Of a stretch of 64,000 nt of DNA, positions 14,756 through 26,233 are shown in pieces (positions within the stretch are counted from its first letter, which is position 1; each line of letters starts with the position of its first letter). The stretch spans positions 219,914,001 to 219,978,000 of the forward strand of contig OZ024740.1 of assembly GCA_964016885.1 (NCBI GenBank). The letters are read 5' to 3'. The stretch is from Eledone cirrhosa. Taxonomy: Eukaryota. A program made the translations under genes and the position numbers. Below the pieces are notes generated by a model. The model was given only the letters and a program-made list of their open reading frames with translations. It was not told the origin of the DNA and made no database searches.

Positions 14756-15374
14756 GTCTAAGGGGGTGAAGATTGAGGAAGAACTGGTTTTAGAAACTGT
14801 TGTATTTCTATTCATAATTATAGATATATTAATGATAGTTATAATCTAATCAATAAAAAATGAGATAGTCATAGAAATTATTTTACAAAATTATCAAATA
14901 TAGTGCCATACAAGCAGTATACTATAAAACAGGTACATTTTATTACTTTTTAAGTCAGTGAGGGAAGAGCAATGACTGTAGCCCTTTTCAGAGCCTCAAA
15001 GACTTGTGGGAGAAAGAGTGGAAAAAGATATCCTCAAACCAGAAACCTGGTCCAAATGCTTGCCACAGAGTAGGCTCTACTAAAGGTACCTAAGGGCCAG
15101 GTGGTGATGTTTAACCAGCCAACAGGTTAAGTCTACCACACAAGGTATATTCTCAAAATGTATAAATATGACATCATAGATTAGTCATTATAAACCAACA
15201 AAGTTAGAAATTCTTATCTATTGGAAATGTTTCAAATAGCTTGTCATAAGCAGCTGTTGTACAATGACGAACCAAATATAACAATAGGTAATAATTATAT
15301 TTTCTATAACCAAAAAATAAATACACAACAGTGTTGCAGCTGTTTATAAAATGTATCATATTAGAACTACATTA

Positions 15375-15735
15375 GCTTCTACAATCTTGGGTAATGACCG
15401 AAAGAATATAATCGTGAATACAAGCGGCCGAAATAGGGCTCCTCCAAAGGGTCTTTGGAGTAACATTACTCAACAGTGTGTGTAGCGCAGAGATGAGAGA
15501 GTCACTCCAGGTAGAGCTGCTACTTCTTCAAATTGAGAGATCACAGCTCTGATACTATGGGCTAGTGGTTAGAATGTCTTGGGAAAGAATCATTGGACAG
15601 ATTTTATGGTCAAAACCAACCGGCAGGAGATCCAGAGCAAGATGGTTGGATAACATCCATGAGCTTGGCTGACAGGACCTGTTGGAAGGAGTGTTTGAGG
15701 ACTCTGGCCCAAGAAGAAGAAGAAGGAGGAGGAAA
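15375..15735 (+). pseudogene. Decayed LINE C-terminal fragment (second RTE-like family); related copy at about 60330-60870(-)
   Basis: Remnants of IQAAE and IERSQL*YYG, and a (GAA)n tail. Confidence 0.6.
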
Positions 15736-16724
15736 CAATATATCTTTTTTACTAAACATCTCATATTTAACTCTACCTATGCCCTATACACCAAGGATAT
15801 TATTATTTTTACTTTTTCAATACATACCAATATTTATACATGGCTTGTGTATATATCATTGTTATTAATAAAACAAACAATTTATTAATAACAATAAAAA
15901 TATACACTATAAACAAGCCCTGTATAAATACAGTTGTGTATTCAAAAAGACATGCACAGTTTAGTTTAATACATAATTAATATCACTAATGATATTCTTC
16001 TAAAAAACGTAACTATTTACGTTACTTACTAATTTGTAAAAGAAAAAAAGAAAAGAAACATTTAATCAATCAATAAAAGACATAGATTGTGTATGGTTTG
16101 AAACTAAATAAATAAACTTTTTTGTAGGTGAAGGATTTTTATTTCAATGCTTTCAGCACTTTTGTGTCTGGAAAGATATTATTTTCTTTTAAATAACAGT
16201 AAGTTTTGTTCAATAAAAATCTTTTAAATACTACTATAATTTTTTTGCTAAACATTTTTCTTCAAACATTTTATGTGTGTGTCTTATAGTTTAAAAAATA
16301 TGGTACTTTGATGAAACACTTGCCTAGAATATAGTAAACTTACTGAATATTATGTAAATACAAGTGCATTTGTATGTTTAACTGTTAACGTCATGTACCA
16401 CAGGAAACCGCATGATTAAATATTCTTGAAAAGTACAGAACAGCACTATGACTGCATCACATTAAAAATTGAAGTCTTAATTTTAGTTTACTGTGAATTT
16501 TCACAATAATTTGCTCCATAGTGAAGATACTATAAATATTTGAATTAACAAACCTGCCTTTAATTATTTTCTGATAAATCATTACAAAATGAAAAAGTCA
16601 TTAAAAATTTGACTGTTCTAAATAGCTGAATGAAATTTGTAAATTCCATTTTTAGTACATGAAAATATGTTTTAAAACTTTTAAACAATATAAATTAAAA
16701 GTAAAATAAGCTTTATAACTGTAC

Positions 16725-16898
16725 CTTTCAGCAACTGATCCACTTAGTTTTACAACAGTTTCAACCCCATCTGAAGCCTCTTTCTTTTCAAAGGAAGTCA
16801 AAGGTTCAGTGAGGTGTTGACGACTAGTATAATGTTGTTGTTTACGAGGAGTGCTGCGTGGAGTTTTGTCTGTTGGTATTTCAACTTGTGAATCACTC
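16725..16898 (-). CDS. SVIL: Supervillin-like exon (SDSQVEIPTDK...RQHLTEPLT...KLSGSVAER), phase 2/2
   Basis: Acceptor tttttcttttatcacag|G and donor GAAAG|gtacag. SVAER joins LVALKNSGE of the next exon to rebuild a supervillin motif. Confidence 0.85.
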
Positions 16899-16954
16899 CT
16901 GTGATAAAAGAAAAACAAAAAAAAAGAGAAATTTCAATAATTATGAAGTGTAAT

Positions 16955-17272
16955 GTTGCATGGTAGTGAGACATGGGCAGTGAATGTAGAGAATAAGCAT
17001 AGACTGCCCCATTGAAGGGATGAGATGTTGCATATAATAGAGAAGGTTATACTGATATGAACATGTAATGCATATGTATTATGATTGCTGGGAGAAGAAG
17101 TACTAAGGGTTCTAAGTGGAAGGAAGTCATGAAAGAGGAAGACCAAGAAAGACACGAGCAGAGGTGGTGAAAGTTGAGCTCAAGAAACTAGACCTCACAA
17201 AAGCGATGACAGAAAAAGACACATGAAGGGATGCAAGCATGGAAATACATATACAAAAATGATGATAATGGT
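16955..17272 (+). pseudogene. Decayed RTE LINE 3' fragment
   Basis: gcatggtagtgagacatgggcag is shared with about 46750, and there are GRPRKT-like and tail remnants. Confidence 0.75.
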
Positions 17273-17310
17273 AACTAAATAAGAATTAAAGAAGAATATA
17301 AATTATTTAC

Positions 17311-17366
17311 TTTCCTTTTAAATAAAGTTGCGAACTCCTCTGCTTAGTATGATACTTAACTGAATT
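17311..17366 (-). CDS. SVIL: Candidate 56-nt exon (NSVKYHTKQRSSQLYLKGK), phase 0/2
   Basis: Acceptor tttggttatcag|AAT and donor AAA|gtaaat. Together with the 154-nt exon it totals 210 nt, which keeps the frame between the 30874 and 16898 exons. Confidence 0.45.
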
Positions 17367-17384
17367 CTGATAACCAAATATATA

Positions 17385-17439
<55 letters not shown>

Positions 17440-17696
17440 CAAGAGTACAATTAATATGATTGGCTTGGCTTGTAGAAAAGAGAATAACTATGACTTTGAT
17501 TATTCTAATTTATGTCACAAATCTTAGTGTTTCCGATTAACAGATAAGTAAATTTATTGCCTACTAACAGCAAAATGTGCAATGAATAACTAGAAGCTAA
17601 TAAGTATTTATAATACAGAAATGATGAGCAGATGAAATACAATAAGGTATAACTAGATACTTTTACTCTAATCTTACATAAAGTACTTTTAAAATA

Positions 17697-17883
17697 TAAT
17701 TGTTTCTACTTTTGGCACAAGGCCATCAATTACCCAGTACATTACTGGTACTTTATTTTATCGACCCCGTAGGGATGAAAGCAAAGTTAACCTTGGTGGA
17801 ATTTGAACTCAGACCGCAAAGGGACATAACTATGCTGGAAAGCATGGTGTCCGACCCTCTACCGATACTGCCAATCCACCGCC
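17697..17883 (-). mobile_element. tRNA-derived SINE family A, full length
   Basis: It has an A-box-like TGGCAGTATCGG, a B-box GAGTTCAAATTCC, a central ttcatccctacggggtcgataaaataaagtacc and an (ATT)-type tail. Confidence 0.85.
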
Positions 17884-18453
17884 ATTTAAACTATAATAGT
17901 ATCTGATCATCATCATGTTATGTCTACTTTCCATGCTGATATGGGTTGGACAGGTTGTCACAGTTTGAGACTGGACAGGTTGGAGAGTCTTGTCTTATTC
18001 ATATGTTCCATTTTTGGCATGGTTTCTGAGGCTGCATGCTCTTCCTCGTGGCAACAAGAGTTCATTGGGTGCAATTTACTGTAGCACCAGCACTTTAATA
18101 CATTACATTTTTTTTTAAAATTAAATCAACAAGTTATTTTTAATTTGCTTCAATATAAAGCTGTTTGTCTGAACGAAAGGCATAATTTAACCTCAGTATG
18201 TTACTGGTACCTATGTTATTACCCCATAGGAGGATGAAATTAAAATTTACATTGGCAAAATAGCAATGTAACTAATACAACATTCTACTGCCTTCATACT
18301 AATTTAGCAAATCACAAAATCTATACTAGACAAACTTATCTTTACACATTTGATTCAACTTATCTTAATATTTGCATATGTACTATTAAATAACAGCTGA
18401 AAGAAATATAGTATGATAATGAAAGTTAACCAATTACCAACACTAAACATTAC

Positions 18454-18607
18454 CTTAATGTGTGTATGTATTAGGAAATCTAATGAAGGTTTTCCTGTCA
18501 CAATATTAATAATGTTCCGAATTGATATATTTTGATTGTCTACTTCAGTAGTAGGCAAACGTTTTTGTGGGGTGGGACAGATTGGAAATGATTTCATGTG
18601 TTGCAGG
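18454..18607 (-). CDS. SVIL: Candidate exon (LQHMKSFPICPTPQKRLPTTEV...HTHIK), phase 2/0
   Basis: Acceptor ttcattttag|C and donor AAG|gtaatg. Only the phase-2 frame is open, and it matches the upstream exon. The frame is restored only if 17311-17366 is also included. Confidence 0.5.
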
Positions 18608-19715
18608 CTAAAATGAATATATAATTAAACCTTGAACATATAAGGCTATGGAAACAGCTTGCCTTTTGTTTTAATTACCATATTTTTCGTTATTTGCATT
18701 TAATGTAATTAAGCCACAAATGGGGTTAGAAATTCAACACAAAATGTTACATATGGATAAATTACAACAGTGAAATTATAATTAACGTCATTATTTTTAA
18801 GTCTGCTTTTTCCATACTGGCATGGGTTGGATGAAACTGTGTTTTAGAGGCACTATTCTACAGCCTGACTGATACCAACCCTTAATTTCACACATCAATC
18901 TGCTAAGCTGCAGGTCATAAATATCATTGACTGTCCAAACAGTACCAATGCAAAGCAAAAACACATGCACACATGACTGGTGTTAGAAAAGGCATATAGT
19001 TATAAAAATCATACCAAAAATTGGAAGATACAAATGAAATGTGATCCTCTGACCTGTCAAGACTAGAAACAATACCAAATAAAAATGAACTTGAACCATA
19101 ACACAGTATTCAACCCATGCCAGCATGGAAAATGGATTTATGATGATGATGATGATGATGATGTTCCTTTTAGAATATTGTTTTACATAATGAGTTTAAA
19201 TGAAACTGGTATATATACCAGCTTCCATATGAAATTTATACAAACTCAAAGCAGAAATATATGAGCAATATCAAGTGTACATTCCTTCCTTCCTCATGCC
19301 CTTAATTCATGATAGAGTCTTAGGAGTCTATTCCTCTCCAAGTCTAACTGCAGCCTATTTCTGAGAGAGAGAGAGAGAAAAAGAAGTAGACAGGAAAACA
19401 TTGTCACCAATACTGGACTAATACTTTTTCATCAACCCTGGAAGAATATGAAAGCAAAGTTGACTTTGGTGGGATCTGAACTAAGTAAATAAAGAACCAG
19501 AACAATTACTGCAAGACATACTCTCTGAGGCTCTAATAACTCTGCCAATTTGCCACCCTAAGAGAACTTTACCCTTAACTGAATATGGAAACAGATGGGA
19601 AAATGTATGTAAGAAAGATGCAGGTCCCTGGTTCATTTGAAAGGTTAGTAGCTCAACTTGAGTACTGTCTATGAAGACTCATACAACCATTGCTAACAGG
19701 GAAAACATGCATTAA

Positions 19716-20296
19716 ATGATGATGGTGATGGTGGTAATGATGATGATGGCAATTGTGGTAATGGTGGTGGTGATGATGATGATGGTGATGGTGGTGATGG
19801 TGATGATGGTGGCGGTGGTGGTGGTGATGATGGTGATGATGATGATGATGGTGATGGAGGTGGCAGTGGTGGTGATGGTGATAGTGGTAGTGGTAATGAT
19901 GGCGATGGCGATAGTGGCTGATGATAGCAGTGGTGGTGGTGGTGGTGGTAATGATGGTGATGACGATGGTGGTGGTGGTGATGATGATGATGGTGATGGT
20001 GGTGGTGGTGCTGATGATGATGATGATGGAGGCAGCAGTGGTGGTGATGGTGATAGTGGTGTAGTGGTAATGATGGCGATGGCGATAGTGGCTGATGATA
20101 GCAGTGGTGGTGGTGGTGGTGGTGGTAATGATGGTGATGACGATGGTGGTGGTGATGATGATGATGGTGATGGTGGTGGTGGTGGTGGTAATGATGGTGA
20201 TGACGATGGTGGTGATGATGGTGATGATGGTGGTGATGATGGTGGTGATGGTGACGATGGTGGTGGTGATGATGATGGTGGTGGTGGTGATGGTGA
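19716..20296. repeat. Compound (GAT/GGT)n trinucleotide tract with an internal ~175-bp duplication
   Basis: Low-complexity triplets; the block atggcgatggcgatagtggctgatgatagcag occurs twice. Confidence 0.95.
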
Positions 20297-20527
20297 CTCC
20301 CAAGCTAATTCAAGGTCTTGAACTCCTAACAGCAAGGTAATACAATATTTGTTATCTATAGACTGCTGCTGCCCTTTATAGCAGTAAGATGTGAGATGTG
20401 TTTGGCTACATTACATATTTGCAGCTAAGTCAACAGAACCAGGGCTAGTCAAATGTCTCAGAAGCAGAAAACAGCACAGTAATAGTGCAACACTATCAAC
20501 ATCTACAGGCTGTGACTCAACAACTTT

Positions 20528-20563
20528 GTATGTGTGTGTGTGTGTCTGTGTATGTGCGACTAT

Positions 20564-20605
<42 letters not shown>

Positions 20606-21160
20606 CTATGTGTGTGTGTGTGTGTGTGTATGTGTGACTATGGGTGTGTGTGTGTGTGTGTGTGTATGTGTGACTATGGGTGTGTGTGTGTGTGTATGTG
20701 TGACTATGGGTGTGTGTGTGTGTGTGACTATGTGTATGTGAGTGTGTCTGTGTGACTATGTGTATGTGAGTGTGTCTGTGTGACTATGTGTATGTGAGTG
20801 TGGCTGTGGGTATGTGTGTATGTGCATCTATGTACATGTATGTATGTATATGTGTATGTACGTGTGTATGTGTATGTGTGTGTGTGTGTATATAACCATG
20901 TATGTATGTGTGTAAGCATGTATGGAAAGTATGTGCATATATGTATGTATGTGTGTGTGTGTATGTATGTGTGCATGTATGTGTGTGCATGTATGTGTGT
21001 ACACATGTGTATGTATGAAAGTATGTACGTGTGTATGTGCATGTGTGTGCATGTATGTGTGTACGTGTACATATGTATGAAAGTATGTGCATGTATGTGT
21101 ATGTATACAAATACACACACGAGTGTGGTGGGAATATGCAGAGCTGGTGTGTATGTGCGT
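20528..21160. repeat. Degenerate (TG)n/(TATG)n microsatellite with higher-order tgtgactatg units
   Basis: Seen directly in the sequence. Confidence 0.95.
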
Positions 21161-21679
21161 GCACCTAAAAGTTAAAATATCAATCCCTTTAATATAACTA
21201 CTAGCGAAGATTAAGTTCACTACTATAACATATCAACTATAGTATAGGATTGACGCAGTTTCTTTCTCCCCTTCTCTCTCTTTCTCTCTCCTCCCCTCTA
21301 TCTCCCTTTTTTCTACATCTCCTTCCCCACCTCTCTCTCTCTCCTTCCACCTCTTTTCCTCACTCTCTCATCTACAGTCATTTAAATGCTGTCCCTATAA
21401 TGTGTAGGTAGTCATTACATTTCTATAAAGTGTACAATGGTGATTGTAAGCAATCATTTTGCCATAATCTCTCATAAATATGATGTTGCTCTCAATCCTT
21501 TAACATAATTACAATAGTTAGTGAGACTATTAAGAGAGAACACAGAGCCAATTGTAATTATATATATATGATCATCATCATCATTTAGCGTCCATTTTTC
21601 ATGCCTGCATGGGTTAGATGGGTGATTGCATTGTGGTAAGTTGGGTCAGGAGACTGTGTCTTGCTCATAATATATATAT

Positions 21680-22043
21680 ATAGTGAAAGAGTGAAGAATA
21701 ACATGGTCAACAGTACAAAAAGGGTTTTATTTACAGTATTAACAATTGTTTCACTGATTAAGTTGTCTAAAAATTGCTAATTACTTGAAGTTGTGTCACT
21801 CAATTTTAAATACAATGTATGCCTAATCAAATCATCAGAAAAACTGATGATTTGATTATGTTATTCTTTGACCATGTTATTCTTCACTCTTTCACTATTA
21901 TTACTCCAAGATTAACCTGCTTAGGAAATCCCGAGAACTCACAACCTAACTAAGGAAACCTCTTGTTCGTACGTTAAAACTATCCACAATACGGATATTC
22001 ACAACCTCTAACTGGATTACCTATAACGATAATTTGTTATCCC
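21680..22043. repeat. 31-bp perfect inverted repeat plus tail in (TA)n; possible Penelope-like terminus
   Basis: atagtgaaagagtgaagaataacatggtcaa (21680-21710) and its reverse complement (21868-21898), with an inner hairpin at about 21824-21858. Confidence 0.7.
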
Positions 22044-22152
22044 ATATATATATATATATATCATAAAACATGTCTATAGAATCGCCAGATAAAGTGACCC
22101 GTTGCAAAACACATATATATTTATAACTTTATATATATATATATATGTAAAC

Positions 22153-22204
<52 letters not shown>

Positions 22205-22749
22205 AGAATCTGTAATCTCTATATACATTTTAAAATAGCCTAAGATAAAATGTTTATTGAGTTTACTATGTTAGGATAGGAATAATAAGAAATGATAAAA
22301 GATACAGACAGCTGTGTGGTTAATAAGGTGGTTTTGTAATTATGTGATTTGGGGTTCAATCTCACCATGTGATACCTTGAACAAGTGTCTTCTATAGCTT
22401 ATGTATGCTAATGCTTTGTCAGTGAATTTGGTAGACAAAAACTGATGACAAAAACTGCAAAAGATGTCTGCTGTGTATATAAATATGTGTCTGTGTATCT
22501 GTGTCCCAGTTTACCAAATGTATATTTATGCTGACAAGCAGTTTCATTTGTTTTTGTCCTATATAAATACATCCCACAATGTAGTCATTCTGTAAAGATG
22601 AGAGGTACATACCATACTTCGATATTGTATGGAAAAACTGCCTCAAAATGTCACATACAACCTATGCTAATATGTAAAATTAAATATAAAATGATGATGA
22701 TGAGGGTGTTGTGTGTGTGTGCGTGCGTGCGTGCGTGCATGCGTGTGTG

Positions 22750-23025
22750 AAGGCACATGGCTTAGTAGTTAGAGCATTGGAATTGCAATTGTGAGGTTGT
22801 GAGTTCGATACACTGTGTCCTTCAGCAAGACACTTTATTTCATGTTGCGCCAGTTCACATAGCTGTAGATATGAGTTACAACATCACTGGTGCCAAGCTG
22901 TATGGGCCATTGCCTTTCACATGGACAACATTATGGGGCATGGAGAAGGGAAACTGGTATGCATGTGTGATTGCTGGTCTTCCACAAACAACTTTGCCTA
23001 GATTTGTGCCTCAGAGGTCTTTACC
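22750..23025 (+). mobile_element. tRNA-derived SINE family B
   Basis: It has a tRNA-like head (tggcttagtagttag...gagttcgat) and then tgtgtccttcagcaagacactttatttc. Related copies lie at 45053-45338(-), 190-460(-), 3200-3500(-), 27700-27990, 50500-50730(-) and 56440-56690. Confidence 0.75.
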
Positions 23026-23035
23026 TTATATATAT

Positions 23036-23229
23036 ATAGGAAAATGTTTAACCCTGACGGCAGAGCTCAAGCCATTTCGACAGCTACTTCTGGAGTCCAG
23101 AAATAGCCGTCGAAACGGCTTGAGGTCTGCCGTCGGGGTTAAACATTTTCCTATTTCCCACTCTACTACGCTAAGTATTGAGTACTCTGGTGCATTATGG
23201 TCCATCTGGTTCCTCACCACACTTCCGTC

Positions 23230-23232
<3 letters not shown>
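23036..23232. repeat. 119-nt near-perfect hairpin plus ~75-nt tail inside (TA)n; possible Penelope-like terminus
   Basis: ataggaaaatgtttaaccc...gggttaaacattttcctat. The tail is shared with 10250-10322. Confidence 0.7.
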
Positions 23233-23264
<32 letters not shown>

Positions 23265-23711
23265 TAAAGCAAATCAGAAAGTAGCTTTATTATAACTACT
23301 ACTTTGATCACTAACTCCATTAAAACAGCTTTTGGTTCTATGAAAGAAAGCCACTCATTTTAAAGGGCCCCTATTCACATTTAAACCTTCTAGCATAATT
23401 TGCTATAAGAATCTTTTATATCATATTATAAATATCATATTAATAATAGAATAATTAGTAAATCCATCCAAATTTATCAGTAATTAATCCAAGTGCAGTG
23501 TATTTCACTAAAGATATAGTCATGAAAGGGTTACTAACGAAAATAAACATTTTAAAAAATGTTTAAGAAAGGTAAAATTTCTAAGAAATTTTAAACTAAA
23601 TTGCTGAACCTATTCTAAAGAAAAAAATACAAAAAGAAAAGAACTACAAAGAAAACATATATCAACTTTCCCACCTACCACTACACCTTTTATGTTTAGT
23701 TAAAAAAAAGA

Positions 23712-23835
23712 GAGGAAACTACAAAGGCATTAAATTGATGGACCAGGTTATAAAAGTTGCTGAATCCGTTATAGCAGAACTGATTAGAAACAGGATTATA
23801 CTTTAGATGAGATGCAGTTTGGCTTTGTGCCAGGG
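23712..23835 (+). pseudogene. RTE RT fragment
   Basis: Colinear with 45713-45835 (NYKGIKLMDQV...DEMQFGFVPG). Confidence 0.8.
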
Positions 23836-23889
23836 TATTTGCTTTTGAGCAGCTAAATCTCCTTTGAAGTAGACCCTACATTACTGTCT

Positions 23890-24138
23890 TAACCCTTTCA
23901 TCACCATATTTCTAATAAAATACACAGACTATGTGTTTCAATTGATTTTGAAAATAGCCGAACATTTGGAAGAGTTTAATAAAATCACTGATTTTCATTA
24001 GTAAGCAGATGCTTAGAACATTACTTAAGAAAAATTTATAAAATACAATTGCGATGAAAGGTTTTAATATAAAGATAAACATCTAAACATATATCATAAA
24101 TGAAGTAGTTTCAAGCAGTTTTGTATCAAAAGGGTTAA
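23890..24138. mobile_element. TTAA-flanked (piggyBac-type) MITE, about 250 bp; representative of an abundant family
   Basis: TTAA-CCCTTT...AAAGGG-TTAA termini. Related copies or fragments lie near 5300-5530, 9047-9342, 23340-23533, 29185-29425, 32592-33082, 38705-39442, 41918-42141, 47910-48213, 52545-52780 and 58978. Confidence 0.75.
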
Positions 24139-24756
24139 ATGAATACAGATAGTCTATAGATGATGGATTGTCCAACTAAAAATGGCAGCTGGATCTAACT
24201 TGAAGATGATCCTACTGTCTTATATAAAGAATATAGGAGCCTCTACATGCTTCCTCAATCTGCTAATATACATTAGACGGGGATACCTCACAAAAAGATA
24301 GGTGGTCACAACTGGAGTTCCTTTGATCATAGATCTGCCCATTAATGATTGACCCATGGCTAAACAATGACCACAACTCTGAAATAAGAATCCCTTGGTA
24401 TTGTTGCATGTCTATTGGGTGGGATGGAATAAGAAGCTTACTATACAACCACATTTTGGGTTCAATCACACTACATAGTACCCGGGTAATACACTCACTC
24501 AGCATGTGAGAGGTGCAGGATTCAATTTCTCATAGACACCACTGTCCATATTTTTCCGTCGTCAGGTTTACTTTACCTGATTTTCTCAGCAATTATTTGT
24601 AATGATCAACTATTGTTATTATGGTCATTTGCATTGAAGGACTAGCGTCCAAAATGTTAAGACTTTTTTCCTACTATATCAAGCAAAAAACTAATAATAT
24701 ATTTCTTCGTTGTACTGTTGTTTGCTTCATTATTTCTGTTTGCCTTTTGCATACTT

Positions 24757-25135
24757 ATCATCATCACAGTTTTACTTCCATTCTTCCACACTAGCATGGG
24801 TTAGACAGGTTGTCCTGTTGTGGGCAATGCCAAGTCAGGTGACCATATCTTGCTCATACAGAACTGATTTTGGCTTGATTTCTACAGCTGGATGCCCTTC
24901 CTAACACCAACTTCATTTACAGTGAGTACTGGGTGCTTTTTTACCATGGCACCTATATGACCACTTTACAGTGTGGACTGGGTACTTTTTATCATGGCAT
25001 CTACACCACTTTACAGTGTGCACTGGGTGCTTTCTACCATGGCGCCTACATGACTACTTCACAGCGTGGACTGGATGTTTTTTTGTCGTGACACTTACAC
25101 AACCACTTTACAGTGGGAGGGGAGATGGGGGCAAA
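24757..25135 (-). mobile_element. Same non-coding retroposon family with about 5 internal ~38-bp repeats
   Basis: Repeated cactttacagtgtggactgggtgc units followed by an RTE-type tail. Confidence 0.7.
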
Positions 25136-25196
25136 CTATCTATATGCTTCAGCTTCGGCTTGTATCCATGGGAAGTCGGGTTTTCTGTATTACTGC

Positions 25197-25233
<37 letters not shown>

Positions 25234-25242
25234 TTATATATA

Positions 25243-26097
25243 CAGGGTGTGGACGATATTTGTTCGTAATTTTCAACTGCTAATTTTATGCAAATTTTTT
25301 TTACTTCCGTTGTCACTCTTGTCTTTATAAAAACAGTGACTATATTTCCATTATATATTTTCAGAATAATTGATTATGAATAATTTTGAACCTCCAAATT
25401 TGTGGAAGAGACACGGAGTTCTTCTTGGAATCCGCACCGGGAGGACAAATAAGACCAGAAGATCAACTCCCAGAACAACAGGTGGCTCGCTGTCTCATCC
25501 AAAGACATGCCCAGAGTCATGCAGACAAAGTTTCCAGCAACAACATTGGTCTTAGGTGTCGTCAGCAGTCAAGGTGACGTCATCCCACCTCACTTCTTCC
25601 CTGAGGGCCTCAAGCTGAACACCGATAGCTACATCCGCGTTGTGAGCGAGGTAGTAAAGCCCTGGATCGACCAGGTAGCTGCAGGTAGGCTGTACATGTG
25701 GCAGCAAGACTCAGCGCCCTGCCATACCAGCTGAAAGACCCAAGCCTGGCTGTCAGAGAACTTCGTCGACCACACTTCACCTGACATCTGGCCTCCCAGC
25801 TCGCCTGACTGCAACCCCCTTGACTTCTTTGTGTGGGGTGCAATACGAAAGACGATCTGAAGGCCAGGATCACAAGTGCCTTTAGGGGCCTAAGTTGGGG
25901 GACAGTGACGAAGGCCTGTAGCCGGTTCCGAGGCCGCCTTGAGGCCGTCATCAAAGCCAATGGCGGGTTTATCAAGTGAGATTGAAAGAACAAGTCATGG
26001 AGACAAACTGACTCAAGTTTGATAAATAAATCTTAAAAACTAAAACTGTGTTATTTTTTCCTAGACAGTAATCTTGCGAACAGATATCGTCCACACC

Positions 26098-26100
<3 letters not shown>
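25243..26100 (+). mobile_element. Tc1/mariner superfamily DD37D (maT-type) transposon, internally deleted, transposase pseudogene
   Basis: TIRs CAGGGTGTGGACGATAT(T/C)TGTTCG at both ends, with TA on the left and TG on the right. The remnant QQD-SAPCHTS*KTQAWL...WPPSSPDCNPL-D has 37 residues between the last two Asp. There is an in-frame TGA, and the N-terminal region is deleted. Confidence 0.9.
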
Positions 26101-26133
<33 letters not shown>

Positions 26134-26233
26134 TCAGCTCTGTTTGATAACATTGAGCTATATCTTATACTGTCATTTCTCTAATACGACGAGTGTGTTT
26201 AACTCTAATGCACTCAAGTATTTTTATCTTATA

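Noticed and set aside
17830-17883. tRNA gene
   Set aside because: The A/B boxes belong to SINE heads; there is no complete cloverleaf and SINE body follows.
19653-20340. Long His-rich, Pro/Ser-rich and Gly/Asp-rich ORFs
   Set aside because: They are open in several frames on both strands only because GAT/GGT triplets lack stops, and I found no supporting splice sites.
20391-21220. ORFs of (CV)n/(HT)n type, also at 9655-10560, 28131 and 56606
   Set aside because: They are microsatellite translation artefacts.
22799-23284. 161-aa ORF
   Set aside because: It is a chance read-through across a SINE, the hairpin element and (TA)n.
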